Source: Anthoceros angustus
Taxonomy: Eukaryota > Plantae > Anthocerotophyta
DNA length: 64,000 nucleotides
Direction of reading: 5' to 3'
NCBI GenBank assembly: GCA_010909165.1
Contig: MU008170.1
Location: 1,364,001-1,428,000, forward strand
This document shows, one piece after another, positions 1 through 11,891 of the stretch. A model generated the notes under the pieces. It saw only the letters and a program-made list of their open reading frames with translations. It ran no database searches and was not told the origin of the DNA. The first letter of the stretch is position 1. The number at the start of each line of letters is the position of its first letter. The translations under genes and the position numbers were made by a program.

Positions 1-96
1 GGTCGAGGCCTTCACACGAGTTCGTATGGATTGCATTCAGAGCAAGAACGGTGAGGCTAATCATGATGACTGTGTTTCTGTCATGTTGGGTCACAG

Positions 97-300
97 TGGA
101 GTACCCAGGACGAGGAAAGCTTCAAGGTCAAGCTGGTTGCCCGATATGACAAAGAAGGCCACCCCTATTACGCCAGCGCAAGACTCTGGGACGACGGTGT
201 GATTGATCCCGCGGACACCCGGACTGTGCTGGGATTGTGCCTTTCAGCGTCTGGCCAACGCGCTCCTGCAGAGTCCAAGTACGGGGTGTTCCGGATGTGA
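97..300 (+). CDS. MCCB: Last exon of 3-methylcrotonyl-CoA carboxylase beta subunit (gene starts upstream of the window)
   Basis: After cag at 94-96 it translates WSTQDEESFKVKLVARYDKEGHPYYASARLWDDGVIDPADTRTVLGLCLSASGQRAPAESKYGVFRM*. The ARLWDDGVIDP...GVFRM C-terminus is typical of MCC beta. Confidence 0.92.
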   Translation, partial: WSTQDEESFKVKLVARYDKEGHPYYASARLWDDGVIDPADTRTVLGLCLSASGQRAPAESKYGVFRM

Positions 301-617
301 GTGCGAGCATCCATCCGGCCACACACATGCACATGCAGGCTCTCAGGTCCTGCAACTTCCACCTCGAGTCCTGATCAAAGATGGGCTGCTCTTGGAGTCG
401 AAGCAAAGCACAGCGTGTGTGCCGACAGTGGACTTGACTCACGAGAAGGTGGTCGGTAAAACCAGTTCCAGGTCTTGTGGTTCTAGAAGGGGCTGAGACG
501 AGTCGGCAAAGTCAGGCAGTCCATGCCTGCTGCATCCAGGAATCACAGGATGGAAATCGGAATCCAAATTCCAGGGTAGAGTAAGTGCAGCAAGAGAGAG
601 AGCATGGTGGACCGGGC

Positions 618-1616
618 CTAGAATCCGGATCCTACAGTCTCCCAGATGGGCCCTACAAACCTATTATGTATGTACTTGGTGTGCTGCAGCAAGGAGTGGC
701 GGAAACGCGAGGCACCCATGATCCATCCACGCAGCAGCCTGGAGTGGTATCCTGTGTCTGTCAACACTCTTGCTTTTCGTGAAACACACTGTGCGCAACC
801 GCCGGCTTCATTGATTTCTATATCTTGATGGGTTACCTTGGGAAGCATGCAGATCCACCGCTAATCCCGCATTTGGTGACGCCGGCACTGCCACATCTAC
901 TGCCGCAGTCTGTGTGTCGCCAACAACTGACCCAGACCCAGACCCAGAGCAGCTGGCATGGGACTGGGATGTCGCTCTTTAGTAACTGTGATGGCTGGCA
1001 CTGACAGGTGCTGTACAAGTACATGGTACGTGCTGGTAGCTGCCACGGGCGAGTGTGGTCTGTAGAAGCTCCCAAGTCGTCCACCTCGCAACAACAGTAG
1101 ATAGTCTAGCCCAGTCTCGGCCAGTCTAGCTGCAGCTGCCATGGGTTTGTCTCCGGTGGGTGAGTTTGATCTCAGAAATGAAGGGGGGTCGGCAGGGCAG
1201 TGTCCGACGCCGACCCCTCACCTCATAGTCAAGGTCCGTGCACCTTCTCCACTGTATTCAATTGTACATTGTACAGCAGTAACGCACCCTTGTTCGAAGT
1301 CAATCCTGGACGTTACAGTCCTTGTAGTTACATCAACCACATCCTCACGCAGTAGTCTAGTCGAGACACAGACGTGGGTAGCCACGTTTCTATCATTTGG
1401 TGAAGCCCTGCACTGCCCAGTTGCAACACCGTCACATGACCTGAATTCCAGCGCGGATATTGGGAATCTCTCCACTCCCATTGGCTGCTGCTGCTGCTGC
1501 TCCTCCTGCTGCCCGTTCAGTTCAGGAATGTTGTCCCCACAGCTGGAGGTTGAGAATTTGAACACCTGGTACATTAGGATGCGGAGTTTGGGTGTTGGAC
1601 CCACGACAATCAACAA
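618..1616 (-). CDS. Possible multi-exon gene of unknown function, convergent with MCCB; boundaries uncertain
   Basis: A 132-aa ORF (1218-1616) and spliceable segments ...AVDLHASQ|GYHSRLLRGWIMGASRFRHSLLQHTKYIHNR with gtaa/acag junctions. No family recognised. Confidence 0.3.
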
Positions 1617-1938
1617 TCACCGCTCATGAGTGATGAGCACACTCCATTTGAACTTCTTCCTCCCGAAAGCAAAGGCTCGCACCCTTAATGTCGCACATGG
1701 GAAACCGCCGACACCGGCTGTCAAGCTGAACACTGTCGGCCAAGCGTGTCGCAACGCTTCTCACGTTCACCTACCGTGACCGGCTACCGCCGGTTGTGAG
1801 TCGTTTAGTCTTTTAGGTGTCCGTTAAGCGCTGACTGCCTTTGCGTAGTGGCACATAGAATTCATTTAAGCTAACCTGCAGGTGGCTGGACGCCATTGGC
1901 TGGAGTGCAGGCGCCGCGGGAACGCATTAAATCGAGTC

Positions 1939-1961
1939 TTGACCAGTACGCGCTTTTGACT
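1939..1961 (+). promoter_or_regulatory. Two W-boxes (TTGACC, TTGACT) about 430 bp upstream of the U-box gene
   Basis: Motif matches at 1939-1944 and 1956-1961. CMPG1-type PUB genes are known WRKY/elicitor targets, but the motifs are short and may be chance. Confidence 0.3.
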
Positions 1962-2383
1962 GCCCGGGAGTGTGTGCGCTATTTAGAGCCTTGGGCCGAA
2001 AGCATTTGGCAAGTAAGAGAGTGCGAAATCGCACACAAAACCTCGACGGGCCGGTTGTCTGTGTATGAGGAGAAAACACTGGTTGGTGATGTCTGGGAAG
2101 AGCAACAGGGGAGACTGAAGATTGTGCACCAGGATAGTAGAACTGTGGCATTGAAGGCGTTGTGGGATCGGTGACACTGGAGGGTTGTGGGATCGAGGAA
2201 ATTGTTTGTGAGGTTAAAGGTGTTGTGGGATCGAGGAAATTGTTTGTGCGACCGAGGAGGAGGAGGAAGAGGAGGAGGACGTCGTTAGTTTTGGTGGTGG
2301 TGGTGGTGGTTTGTGAAGTTGTTGGTTTGTTTTGCTTTGTTCTGCTTTGCGAGATCTGGAGCAGAGGAATTGATCGACAATCG

Positions 2384-3667
2384 ATGGCGCCTTCGATGCT
2401 GGAGGTGGTGGTGCCTTCCTTCTTCCGGTGCCCGATCTCGCTGGACCTGATGAAGGACCCGGTGAGCCTGTGCACGGGCATGACCTACGATCGAGCGAGC
2501 ATCGAGAAATGGCTGGACGACGGCAACGTCACATGCCCCGCCACAATGCAGGTGCTGGCCAATTCCGAGCTGGTCCCCAACCACACGCTCCGGCGGCTGA
2601 TCCAGGACTGGTGCGTCGCAAACCGCTCCAAGGGAGTGGAGAGGATCCCGACCCCGCGGCCTCCGGCCACGCCCGCCACGCTCCGCCCTTTGCTAGAAGA
2701 CGCGGCCTCGGGCCTCCCGGGGCCCAGACTGGAGGCCCTCAGGAAGCTCCGGCTCCTCTTCAAGGACTCGGACAAGAACAGGAGGTGCATCCTGGAAGCC
2801 GGCCTGGTGCCGCTCCTCACGTCCCTGCTGCCCCGGCTGGACCCGGCCGGGAAGCGGGACGTCGAAGCCTGCCAGGAGGTGCTAGGTCTGCTGGCTGCGA
2901 TCCCAGCTTCTTCCGTGAGCGATGCGCAGAGGCGGGCCATGGCGGGGGCCAAGCCTCTGTCCGTCGTGGCCTGGGTTTTGCATTTCGGCGGGCTGGAGGC
3001 CAGAGTGAACGCGGCAGCGGCGCTGGAGCATGTGCTTCAAGCGGACGCGCTGAAGCTGGCGGTGGGATCCACCGAGGGCGTGATGCGGGGCCTGGTGCGG
3101 CTGCTCCAGGAGGATCAGCTCTATGCTCGGGCTGTCAAGTCCAGCCTCCGATGCCTGCTTGCGGTTTGCACGGCGAAGGCGAATAGAGTGAAGGCGGTGG
3201 AGGCCGGGGCCGTGCCTGTGCTGGTGGAGCTTCTTTTGCAGTCCTCAGGGTCTGGGATCCGGGAGTCTGCTTTCCGGGCGGGGAATGCAGAGTGCGCGCT
3301 GGCGGTGCTAGAGCTGCTCTGCTCTTGCGCGGAAGGCCGGGCTGCTGTGAACGCGCACGCCATGGCCGTGCCCGCGCTCGTGACTTCCTTGCTGAGCGTG
3401 TCGGAGGCTGCTACCGAGTGTGCTGTGGGAGCTTTGTGGTCTGTCTGTCAGTTCTCGCCTGAGTACGTGAACAATAACGTGGTGGGGGATGCGTTGGAGC
3501 TGGCCGTGGAGGCGGGATTGTTCACCAAGCTCATTCTGCTCATGCAGGCGGATTTCAGCTCTGTGACTAAGACCAAGGCTGCTGCTCTTATGCGGTTGTT
3601 GGGTGAGATTTGGAGGAATTCTCCCTGCAGTGCGGATCATGGGCTCACTCACATCAGGCCCTATTGA
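2384..3667 (+). CDS. Intronless U-box/ARM-repeat E3 ubiquitin ligase (PUB, CMPG1-like)
   Basis: ATG at 2384. U-box VPSFFRCPISLDLMKDPVSLCTGMTYDRASIEKWLDDGNVTCPATMQ...LVPNHTLRRLIQDWC, then ARM repeats (NRVKAVEAGAVPVLVELL, LELLCSCAEGRAA). Confidence 0.95.
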   Translation: MAPSMLEVVVPSFFRCPISLDLMKDPVSLCTGMTYDRASIEKWLDDGNVTCPATMQVLANSELVPNHTLRRLIQDWCVANRSKGVERIPTPRPPATPATLRPLLEDAASGLPGPRLEALRKLRLLFKDSDKNRRCILEAGLVPLLTSLLPRLDPAGKRDVEACQEVLGLLAAIPASSVSDAQRRAMAGAKPLSVVAWVLHFGGLEARVNAAAALEHVLQADALKLAVGSTEGVMRGLVRLLQEDQLYARAVKSSLRCLLAVCTAKANRVKAVEAGAVPVLVELLLQSSGSGIRESAFRAGNAECALAVLELLCSCAEGRAAVNAHAMAVPALVTSLLSVSEAATECAVGALWSVCQFSPEYVNNNVVGDALELAVEAGLFTKLILLMQADFSSVTKTKAAALMRLLGEIWRNSPCSADHGLTHIRPY

Positions 3668-4999
3668 CATTGCCATGGCCTCGGCTGCAGGTGGTAGAAA
3701 ATGGGGCAGCTGGGAGTTGGGTGAGAGCTCCAATTCCTTGAGCCCAGTCAGTGGGAATGCAGGGATTGATATAGGGAGAAACCGGGAGGTGGGGATGTCG
3801 TTACACACGCCTCCTTTGCATGCCTTTCGCACTCAGATGCTGATGCCCGGAGTAGGCATGTACGTGGTGGGCAATGTTTGGCACATACCATTTTCGTCTG
3901 CCAGGCCCCGGGGATCTCATGTATATGGATAGAGAGTCCCCTGAGTCCTATGAGAGGAGTTGACAGTGAAGTGAACTTATCACCATAGCGGCGTAGCAGC
4001 AGCAGGTCACTCTAGATCCCTTCTTTTTCCTTCCCTTTCCTCTACTAGGATCATCAGATTCATTTTTGTTAGGCTACGGAATCTGATCTCCTCAGGTGAC
4101 TCTGTATATATTGTATGCCCGTCACTCCAATTTTTTTCTCCTCATGCTGGAGAGGACACATTGTCCACATTTTCACACCAGTTTCCGTTCAGGTTTTCTT
4201 CCTTCCCTCCAGGCTCTGCTGGGTTTCGTTTGCTTGCCATTCTGTGGGTGCCTGGGGACGTGTGCAACTCAGCGCTCTGGGATGAGCAGTGTCTCTCCGA
4301 AACTCTCGTGGGTAGCGCAGCAGGCACAAGAGAGATCGAGATGCTTCATGTAACAGAGCTGAAAGGCCGCCCGAGGTGGGCCACCAGGCCACCGCCTCGA
4401 AGTCTGCCTTTGTGTACAGTACACCGTGTGTTGGTCAAGTCAAACTGACACCCACCATTCTCTATTCCTTGCTGAGCTGCTGAGCAGAGAAATCTCTGTT
4501 GTCGTGGTTATAACAGATGGACAAAGGCGTATGACGCTTTGTCATTTTTGGTGACCCTTCGGTCGCCAGAATTGTGTGAAAGGCGGACGATACACGGAAG
4601 CGGCTCCCCTGCAGGCAACGTCACCTGTCTTCTCGGCTTACACCACACAGTTTCCAACGCACGACCGACATTGGCAGGATTGCAAGATACCCTGCCCACC
4701 CCTTGCCCAGTCCAGGTTTGACTAGCCGCTGCTGCTGTTGCTGCGGATATACATACTGCTGCATCCACAAAATTGTACACCGGAACCACACCACGTGTCT
4801 TGACGGGAGGCACCCAGGTTGCTTCTTGTCCCACCACCCAACCGGCTGCTTTTACAGACTCTTCACCCATATGGCAGCCTCTGATTGTGCCATGGAGGAA
4901 ACTGTGTTTTTCAGTCGTGAGTCGATTTGTGAACAAATTGCATATTAGGTGAACAGGTCAGGAGAAATCCTAGCGGTGAGTTACAGCGTGTGTTTCTAG

Positions 5000-6270
5000 A
5001 TCAGGCGTGGATATTATGAGATGCAGCAAGAGATATTGTCACATCAATTGTAACTTTCAGCACTATCAATCACAGCCCCTGGAAAGCTTTATACAAGCTT
5101 TCTTTGTTCTGAAGGTGTTTCATGATTTTTTGGGACTTTAAATTGTTCTCTAGAAAGAGCTTGTAAGCTAGCAATAGAATCCACTATACAGAGAAGAATC
5201 ATTTGAAGGTGTTTCATGATTTTTTGGGACTTTAAATTGTTCTCTAGGAAGAGCTTATAAGCTAGCAAAAAAATCCACTATACAGAGAAGAATCATCTCT
5301 AGTCTTGGCTACTATGCCCTCTGCATCTTGAACCTTCTCTTTGTCTTTAACCTTGTCGACCACATCTTCTAGAACTTGAACCTCCTCTTCATCTCCGGAC
5401 TTGTCTACCACAACTCTTGGCGCTTCAACTTTCTCTTCATCTCCAACCATATATGCTATAATAGTGCATGATTCTTCAATAAAAATCGCAATAACATTAA
5501 GTGGATGATGTTGCAATACATGTACTCCATGAAACACTCCACGATAACGTTTCATGACATCTTGATTGTAAAAGACATATTGCTGTGCAAGAGATGGAAC
5601 AACATTGCTAGGAGGAAATTATGGAGGTGAATGTGGCTCGAATACCACGAGATTATCCATGGCCTTTGATCTCACATCATCTTATAACAAAAAATATCAA
5701 GGAAGTGGACCAAGAACATCTCTCCACCTAGTAAAGGAACAATTAATCATCAAAGAAATTTATAAAATGCATATATATTCATGCGGGGAGATCATCAAAT
5801 CTCTATACATTGAATTAGGTAACTTCTTTGATTAATTTTAAAGAATAAAAATCTTTCTTTAATAAATAGATTGTATATTTATATTGCACTTAATGTAGAG
5901 ATCCCGAAGGACCTTAAGTCATAAAAGGGATACGTATATCAAGAATCCCAAGAGACCAAGGAACCTAATGAAATACAATATACAGCTTCTATGGAAAACT
6001 TACATAACGCATGCAACAAAGAACTTACATCCAAGAACCAAAAACAAAGAAAATTATATTAAAAGTCTGGCATGATAGCCTGTGAAACAATTATCACGAG
6101 CGCCTTTGGATCCAAGCACTTCACTATACTCAAGTGAACCATGTAACACACCGTAGCCCTATCAAAATTAAAAAAAAGTTCCCTGCTAAGCACATTCTGT
6201 ACCCTATTAGACGTATCGTAACTTATCGCCTTGTTTGTTACTAATTTAGGTAGTAATATACAAAACAAGT
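5000..6270. mobile_element. AT-rich block, probable degenerate transposon remnant
   Basis: Sharp drop in GC, decayed acidic ORF (5262-5555, minus) and an internal duplication. No TIR or TSD identified. Confidence 0.3.
5110..5297. repeat. Imperfect tandem duplication, period about 94 bp
   Basis: tgaaggtgtttcatgattttttgggactttaaattgttctctag...aatccactatacagagaagaatcat occurs at 5110 and 5204. Confidence 0.9.
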
Positions 6271-6658
6271 GCCACCATGGCTCTGCAGGTCATTATTCTG
6301 TCGGTTCAGGCTTGTTGGCCGGCGTCTCTCATCGACCTGCAGTCCGACAAGTAGTCAGACGGGTACGACGTCTGCGTGCACCCTTCGGCCGTGACGCACC
6401 TTCCACATCGACATATGTCCGCAACCGAATGTCGAGGCTCCCAGGGGGTAGACTTCAGGGGATGAAAAAAGGCACCAGCCCAAACTAGTCCATGAGGCAG
6501 GCTTCACCATGGGAACCGCGTCAGAGCACTTGATGGTTCGGAATTCAGAAGCAAGCCTCAATGACAAATATCAATTACGGGTCCCATCGTTGCGGACGGA
6601 GCTACAAATCAAAAAGCCCCAGCTCCTACTGTGAACAATCTCAGATCCGGCTCAAATC

Positions 6659-8245
6659 TCAGGCGCTGTTTCCCATATTGGGATTGATACCCAACAGCAT
6701 GTTGTTCCCAGAGGGCAAGTATACGACATTGCGACTCTTTGCCAAAGTTGCAGCGATTTCCCTAGAAGCTTCGATCCGTCTCAGTTCAATCAGGCCAGTA
6801 CCTGCATTTGCAGTAGCTTCGGAGATCTGTGATAAAAAAGTCAAGGACCTCCAACGGTGTTACGAATAAGGTCCTAGAGAGACACGAGTCACAACGCAAT
6901 GATCAATGCAAAGAATCTTTCGGATACGAGCTTGGCGGCTTCACTCTCTCCCTCAGCGCGAATGATAGCTGCTCTTCTTTCCTGTTCAGCCTTTGCCACC
7001 ACGAATTTTGACCTTTCCGCCTCCTGTTGAGCTGTGGAAAGCCAAGGTCTTATCAGCCAACAGGGGCCATCCACAACTCGATGTAGATAGACAAGCATTT
7101 GTCCAAGAACAACTACCAGGAAGATACAGAAGCACCAATAGCGACAAAAGATATCAACAGTTTGCGCTGGCCACAAACACATGACACATCTGTACAGACT
7201 TACCAACTTGCTTTGCCTCCACAGCTCTTGAAAACTCCGCTCCATATGAAAGGTGAGTCTGTGTGAAGCGCAAGGTGAGGTCACCATATTGCTGTACTGC
7301 AATTTGGAGCTTTCACTCGAACAAACATACAACACATGGTGGCCTACACCACAGCACATCATGAATCGTGGCGACTTTGTCTGCTTACAATGGCCACGTC
7401 ATCCAATAGGAGGTTGAAGTCCTTGGCTCTTTTGATTAGGCTCTCCCGCACAAGAGCAGACACCTGAGGAGGTAGCACTCTCAGAATCTCATAACAGAAA
7501 AACATCAAGGTGGTGATCCTCACATTCCAAGCATTACTACTTACAAATGGTCTTTCTGTGAGAAGCTGATCAGCATTGAATTGGGCCTGCCACACCAAAA
7601 TTAACCTAATCAGAGAAGCTCAGCACTGACACAGACACCGAGCATGTAGATGCGTGACTCACCACCACCGCTTTGAGCACCTCATTTCCAATAGAGGGCA
7701 ACACTCGCTCATCGTAATCTGTACCTAACGTCTTGAAAATGCCTGGCAGCTCATCAGAATCGGGTCTGGACAGAACTCTCAACGTCAAGTTGACCATCTG
7801 CAAATCTATGGATTTTAACAAACCCTGAGTTAGGTCTAACCTCCAGACGAGGGGCCAAAACAAAATGCTCCATGCACCATAAGAGGCACACCTTTGGTTC
7901 CAGTCACAGAAGTGATAGATCGGGGACGAGTTCGTATATCAAAAATGTAAGGCTTCTGCAGCCAGGGAATGAGAATATGAGTGCCCTCTCCTGCGGTCTC
8001 ATCCAACACTCCACGAAACCTGTCGAACAGCACCGCTCGGTGGCCTCCATCGACTGCACAAAATCAAAGGATTTCAGCACCACATCCCCGAAACGCAATG
8101 ACCTAACTCCGCAATGTCAAAAACTGGAAACCAGGAAGTGAAAACCTGTATACAAAGCAGAATTGACAACCGTGCCGCCTACTCCAAGCGCAATAGCCAG
8201 CCGCGCCAGGGACTGCAGGGCCGATGACGCCCTCGGAGCGCTCAT
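6659..8245 (-). CDS. PHB: Mitochondrial prohibitin (PHB3/PHB4-like), 8 exons: 8245-8146, 8053-7892, 7805-7663, 7586-7545, 7463-7389, 7258-7204, 7031-6928, 6826-6659
   Basis: The spliced product contains [119 protein letters not shown]. All junctions are GT-AG. Confidence 0.96.
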
Positions 8246-8564
8246 ATCGGTGGCCTGGAGCACCGCTAAGCAGCAGTAGCAAGGAGAAAGCGCATCCAAC
8301 GCCAACGCAATCGCGATCGCACTCGCAATGCAACCCTAACCTAACATAACCAGAACCAGAAGTCACTCGATTCACTGTACAATTGCGTTACGTCTCGTCT
8401 GCCTGTATGCTTACTTGTCACCAGCAGGAGTGCGGGACCCGCCACATTACGCGGCTGGCTGTGCGGGGCGCGCGTGTTATACTCTACTGGTTCGCCTTGT
8501 TGCTTCTTCTTCTTGTTCCTTGGCCGATTTCATCTGCTTCGATGCAGGCTCCGACCCATCAAGC

Positions 8565-8988
8565 ATGTCGACCGGTACCAGCAAAGATCTTGGTGGCCCC
8601 AGTAGCTCCCCAGGCCGTACCAGCGCCCGATTTGCCTTGGTCTCGACTCTGGGAGTGATCGGTGAGAAAAAGAGGGCCCCTGCGAGCTTTGATTTCCAAC
8701 ACTTCCGATTTTGGCTCAGTGTGATTGAATCTAGACTGATTCCTTCTTTCCTGTACAGGTGTGACCTGGTTTTTGTGCACACACGAGCCGTTCGCCTCCA
8801 AGATGGAGCCGCTCACCTCGATGCTGTCTCAGATGACGAGAGGATCGAAAGTGCCCACAGTTCCCCGCACCGCCGAGCCGTACGAGGGTCCTACCCACAA
8901 AGTTTCTCCCAGAGCAGACTCGCCGCACACGGGGGTTGTGGGTGGGGATGTGGAAGGCAGGAAGATTCGGTCGACGTCGCTGGAATGA
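8565..8988 (+). CDS. Small (108 aa) single-pass membrane protein of unknown function; exons 8565-8661 and 8759-8988
   Basis: Splicing gtgag...tacag joins MSTGTSKDLGGPSSSPGRTSARFALVSTLGVI|GVTWFLCTHEPFASKMEP...RSTSLE* in frame and forms one hydrophobic helix across the junction. Confidence 0.55.
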
Positions 8989-8993
8989 TTTTG

Positions 8994-9121
8994 TCGAGCT
9001 TTTACAGCTCGGCATACATGCATGTTAGCTATGGCAGGTACATCAATGATCCCAGTATCGAGCTTTTGCAGCTCGGCATACATGCATGTTAGCTGAGGCA
9101 GGTACATCAATGATCCCAGTA
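8994..9121. repeat. 64-bp tandem duplication
   Basis: tcgagctttt(a/g)cagctcggcatacatgcatgttagct..ggcaggtacatcaatgatcccagta at 8994 and 9058. Confidence 0.9.
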
Positions 9122-10035
9122 CATGTGCAGGTTCAGTTTTGCAGACTGCAGTTGCGATTAACCTGAGGATCACCTGAACCGCATCCCAGTTCTAAATGCA
9201 GCACCGATTGTAAAGATATCACAAGAGTCGCAGTTGTACAGCAGGCAGGTGCTGCGTGCCGGATAATTGGCTTCCAACGTTTTTCTCCACTATTGCTTCG
9301 TAGTTCATTCGCATCAGATGCTCAGAGCACGATTGCCAAGTTTGCGGTATTGTGAAGCTGGACTGCATTTTGATCGGAGATCCGAGGCCGCTCTCTTCAG
9401 CTGCCTACTTTTTGTATGTCGACGGTCTTTCTCGCATCCGACAGTAGAGCCTGTGCATGCCGAGCTTTCAGGTCAGGCTGGACTGTAGGGAGTCCTTTTA
9501 AGTGAAGTAGTGTACATGTCAATTGTGTAGTTGGTCAGCACATTTGGCTGCATGCTTTACATAATGTGTCTTCCATCTGTACATGGTGTCTTCTGCTTGT
9601 AAGGTTTTCTTACTGGTGATGTCTGCTGATACTTGCGAACACCAGCAGCAATGAAGCAACAGTTCTTTACCCTTCGGCAATTCATGACCCTTGCCAATCT
9701 CTACATTCTGAAACTCATGAAATGCAGAGCCTGTAAGTCTTGTAGGACGTACTGACTTTGTTGGTTCAAATATCAGACCCTATCGTGTCCGAATGCCTGC
9801 AATGGTTTGGGCATGCCTGCTGATTGAGCTTCAGTTGCCGTTCTTCCAGCTTTTTCAGGACACGGTCTGCTGGCATGAAGAGTTGTCAAAGGAAGGGATG
9901 GCCGTGGGTGTCAACTGACAGTGCTGGAGAACTTTTGGCAAATTCTGGACTCTTGAGATTTCAACGGAAGATGCATATATATATGTATATATATTTCTAG
10001 ATGTCTGGAAAAAGCTAGCTTTGGGCAACTGTTTG

Positions 10036-10197
10036 CAGATGAACCCGATTGTGTCACATGGATAGGTAGTTACGATGTCATCTGGGGCCAGCTGGGGCAG
10101 ATGAGGCCGAATGTGTCACATGGACGGGTAGTTACGTGTGTCATCTGGCCAGCCGGTGCAGATGTGCCCGAGAGTGTCACATGGATGGGTAGTTACA
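10036..10197. repeat. Three imperfect ~61-bp tandem units
   Basis: Core cagatg....ga.tgtgtcacatgga..ggtagttac repeated at 10036, 10098 and 10159. Confidence 0.85.
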
Positions 10198-11645
10198 TTG
10201 TTAGGAGCACTTGGATCATGGATGCCAGAGCTGCAGCCCTCCTGAATTGTATGCCAACATGCGAGTCCACAGCTCTCGTGACATAAGCTTTCCCACGGTT
10301 GCATCAACTGGAATCCTGGATATCATTTCAAATATTAGCAGCGATGAGGCTGGATGTATGGCCATGGGGTTGCTGCAGGAACTTTCATAGCTGTGAGTCC
10401 TTATCCTAAAGCGTGGTGGACCCCGACTGGGATGCAAGGCTTCAGATGAGTCTTGGCAACGGCTGCCCTGCATCTGGCCATGCCAATGTTCCCACTGGTG
10501 ACGGGTCTAACGGACATGATAAGCTTGCAAGCACAAAGGTGGTGCTCTCGGGCATGCCATGGAGAGCGGCAGTGTTTGTGGTTGCTTGTGTTGCACAGTA
10601 CTAATAAAAGCGGGGGGAGCACTGCAGTTGCGTCTCATATTCCGATAGCGTGTCCGGCCGTCAGGTTTTTCCATCAGAGGAGGTTCTGGAACACGCCAGC
10701 AAATGCATGAGAAGATGACAGAAAAAACAACCCTGGCCCAAAGCCGCTCTGGCGTCTGACATCATCTGTTGCGTTGCGGACAAGAGAACAGCAAAGAGCA
10801 AACTCTTGAATTCGTCACCACAGACGCAGACAACCTTGGGTGAACGTTCTCCTGGCATACATACTTGGTTACATAACATTCAAGGACGATGCAACAGAGA
10901 TATGGCTGGATGCCTGTGATTGCCTTCAGGAATTGCATGCGCAGTGCCCACAAGGCCAAACCTTTACAGCCCAGACTGCATGTGACAAACAGAAGAGGAC
11001 AGACGCCACAGCCCACATCATCTCATTACACACGGAGAAGAATGAGATAATGGTAGTGGAGGATAATAACATGGCACCATGGCACGGTACTATGGTCTAC
11101 ATACCTACATATCTACATACAAGAAGCAAAGAATGCACCGACGGAGTGCCTATGAATGCAACGGGGTACAAGAGTACAGTGATGAAATCATTCTGTTGGG
11201 CTACTGCCATACATGCAGCTGCATAACAGGTGCTCCGCTCCGCTGCCTCCCTCTCGTCCGCAGGCAAAAGGCGTTCAGGAAAAGCAGCAAGCAAGGAAAG
11301 CGTGGACAACAAAACCTGCTTGCTTGCTTGCATTGCACACTAGCTTGAATTGATACAATAGAGGAAGAAAAGGAAGGGGTGGAAACTTGTTCTAACTAGG
11401 CAGCGGTTATTGAAATCCCTGGCCGTATTTCAGGTACAACAAGATCATACTCTACAATGCTAGCTAGGATGATGGAGCAAGCACAACTGTACTACCAGCA
11501 TACTGTACTGGCCTGCTTCCACCAGGACTGAGGCCTCGGTACATACAAGTAGCAAGACATCCTTCCTCCCCCAAACACCAGCTGTAATAGTGGTAGTATT
11601 ATGTACAGCCAGCCTTGACGTAGTGCAGAATCAGCTTGAAGACGG

Positions 11646-11675
11646 AAGAAGAAGAAGAAGAAGAAGAAGAAGAAG
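11646..11675. repeat. (GAA)n microsatellite in the PIP 3' flank
   Basis: Run of about ten gaa units. Confidence 0.9.
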
Positions 11676-11891
11676 CAACATTCAAGATCGTAATAATGTG
11701 AAAACACATGCATGCTAAGGAAAGCTTGTGGCGACGAGCTCGGGCGATCTAGGCCTGGCTGGAGCAGCTGGTGGTGATCAATGTGGACTCAGTTGAGATC
11801 GATGTGGAGAAGTGAAGTTACGCTCACAACAACTGAAAGCTCGACATGAGAAGAGCTCGAGTCACACACACTCGCCGGGCGCTGCCGCCCC

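Noticed and set aside
41-50. Possible 10-nt micro-exon of MCCB (cag|agcaagaacg|gtgag)
   Set aside because: The upstream frame is outside the window and the implied 46-nt intron is marginal, so it cannot be supported.
10700-11550. Possible miRNA or lncRNA locus downstream of PIP2
   Set aside because: By eye I saw no match to conserved plant miRNAs and no long clean hairpin; folding and small-RNA data would be needed.
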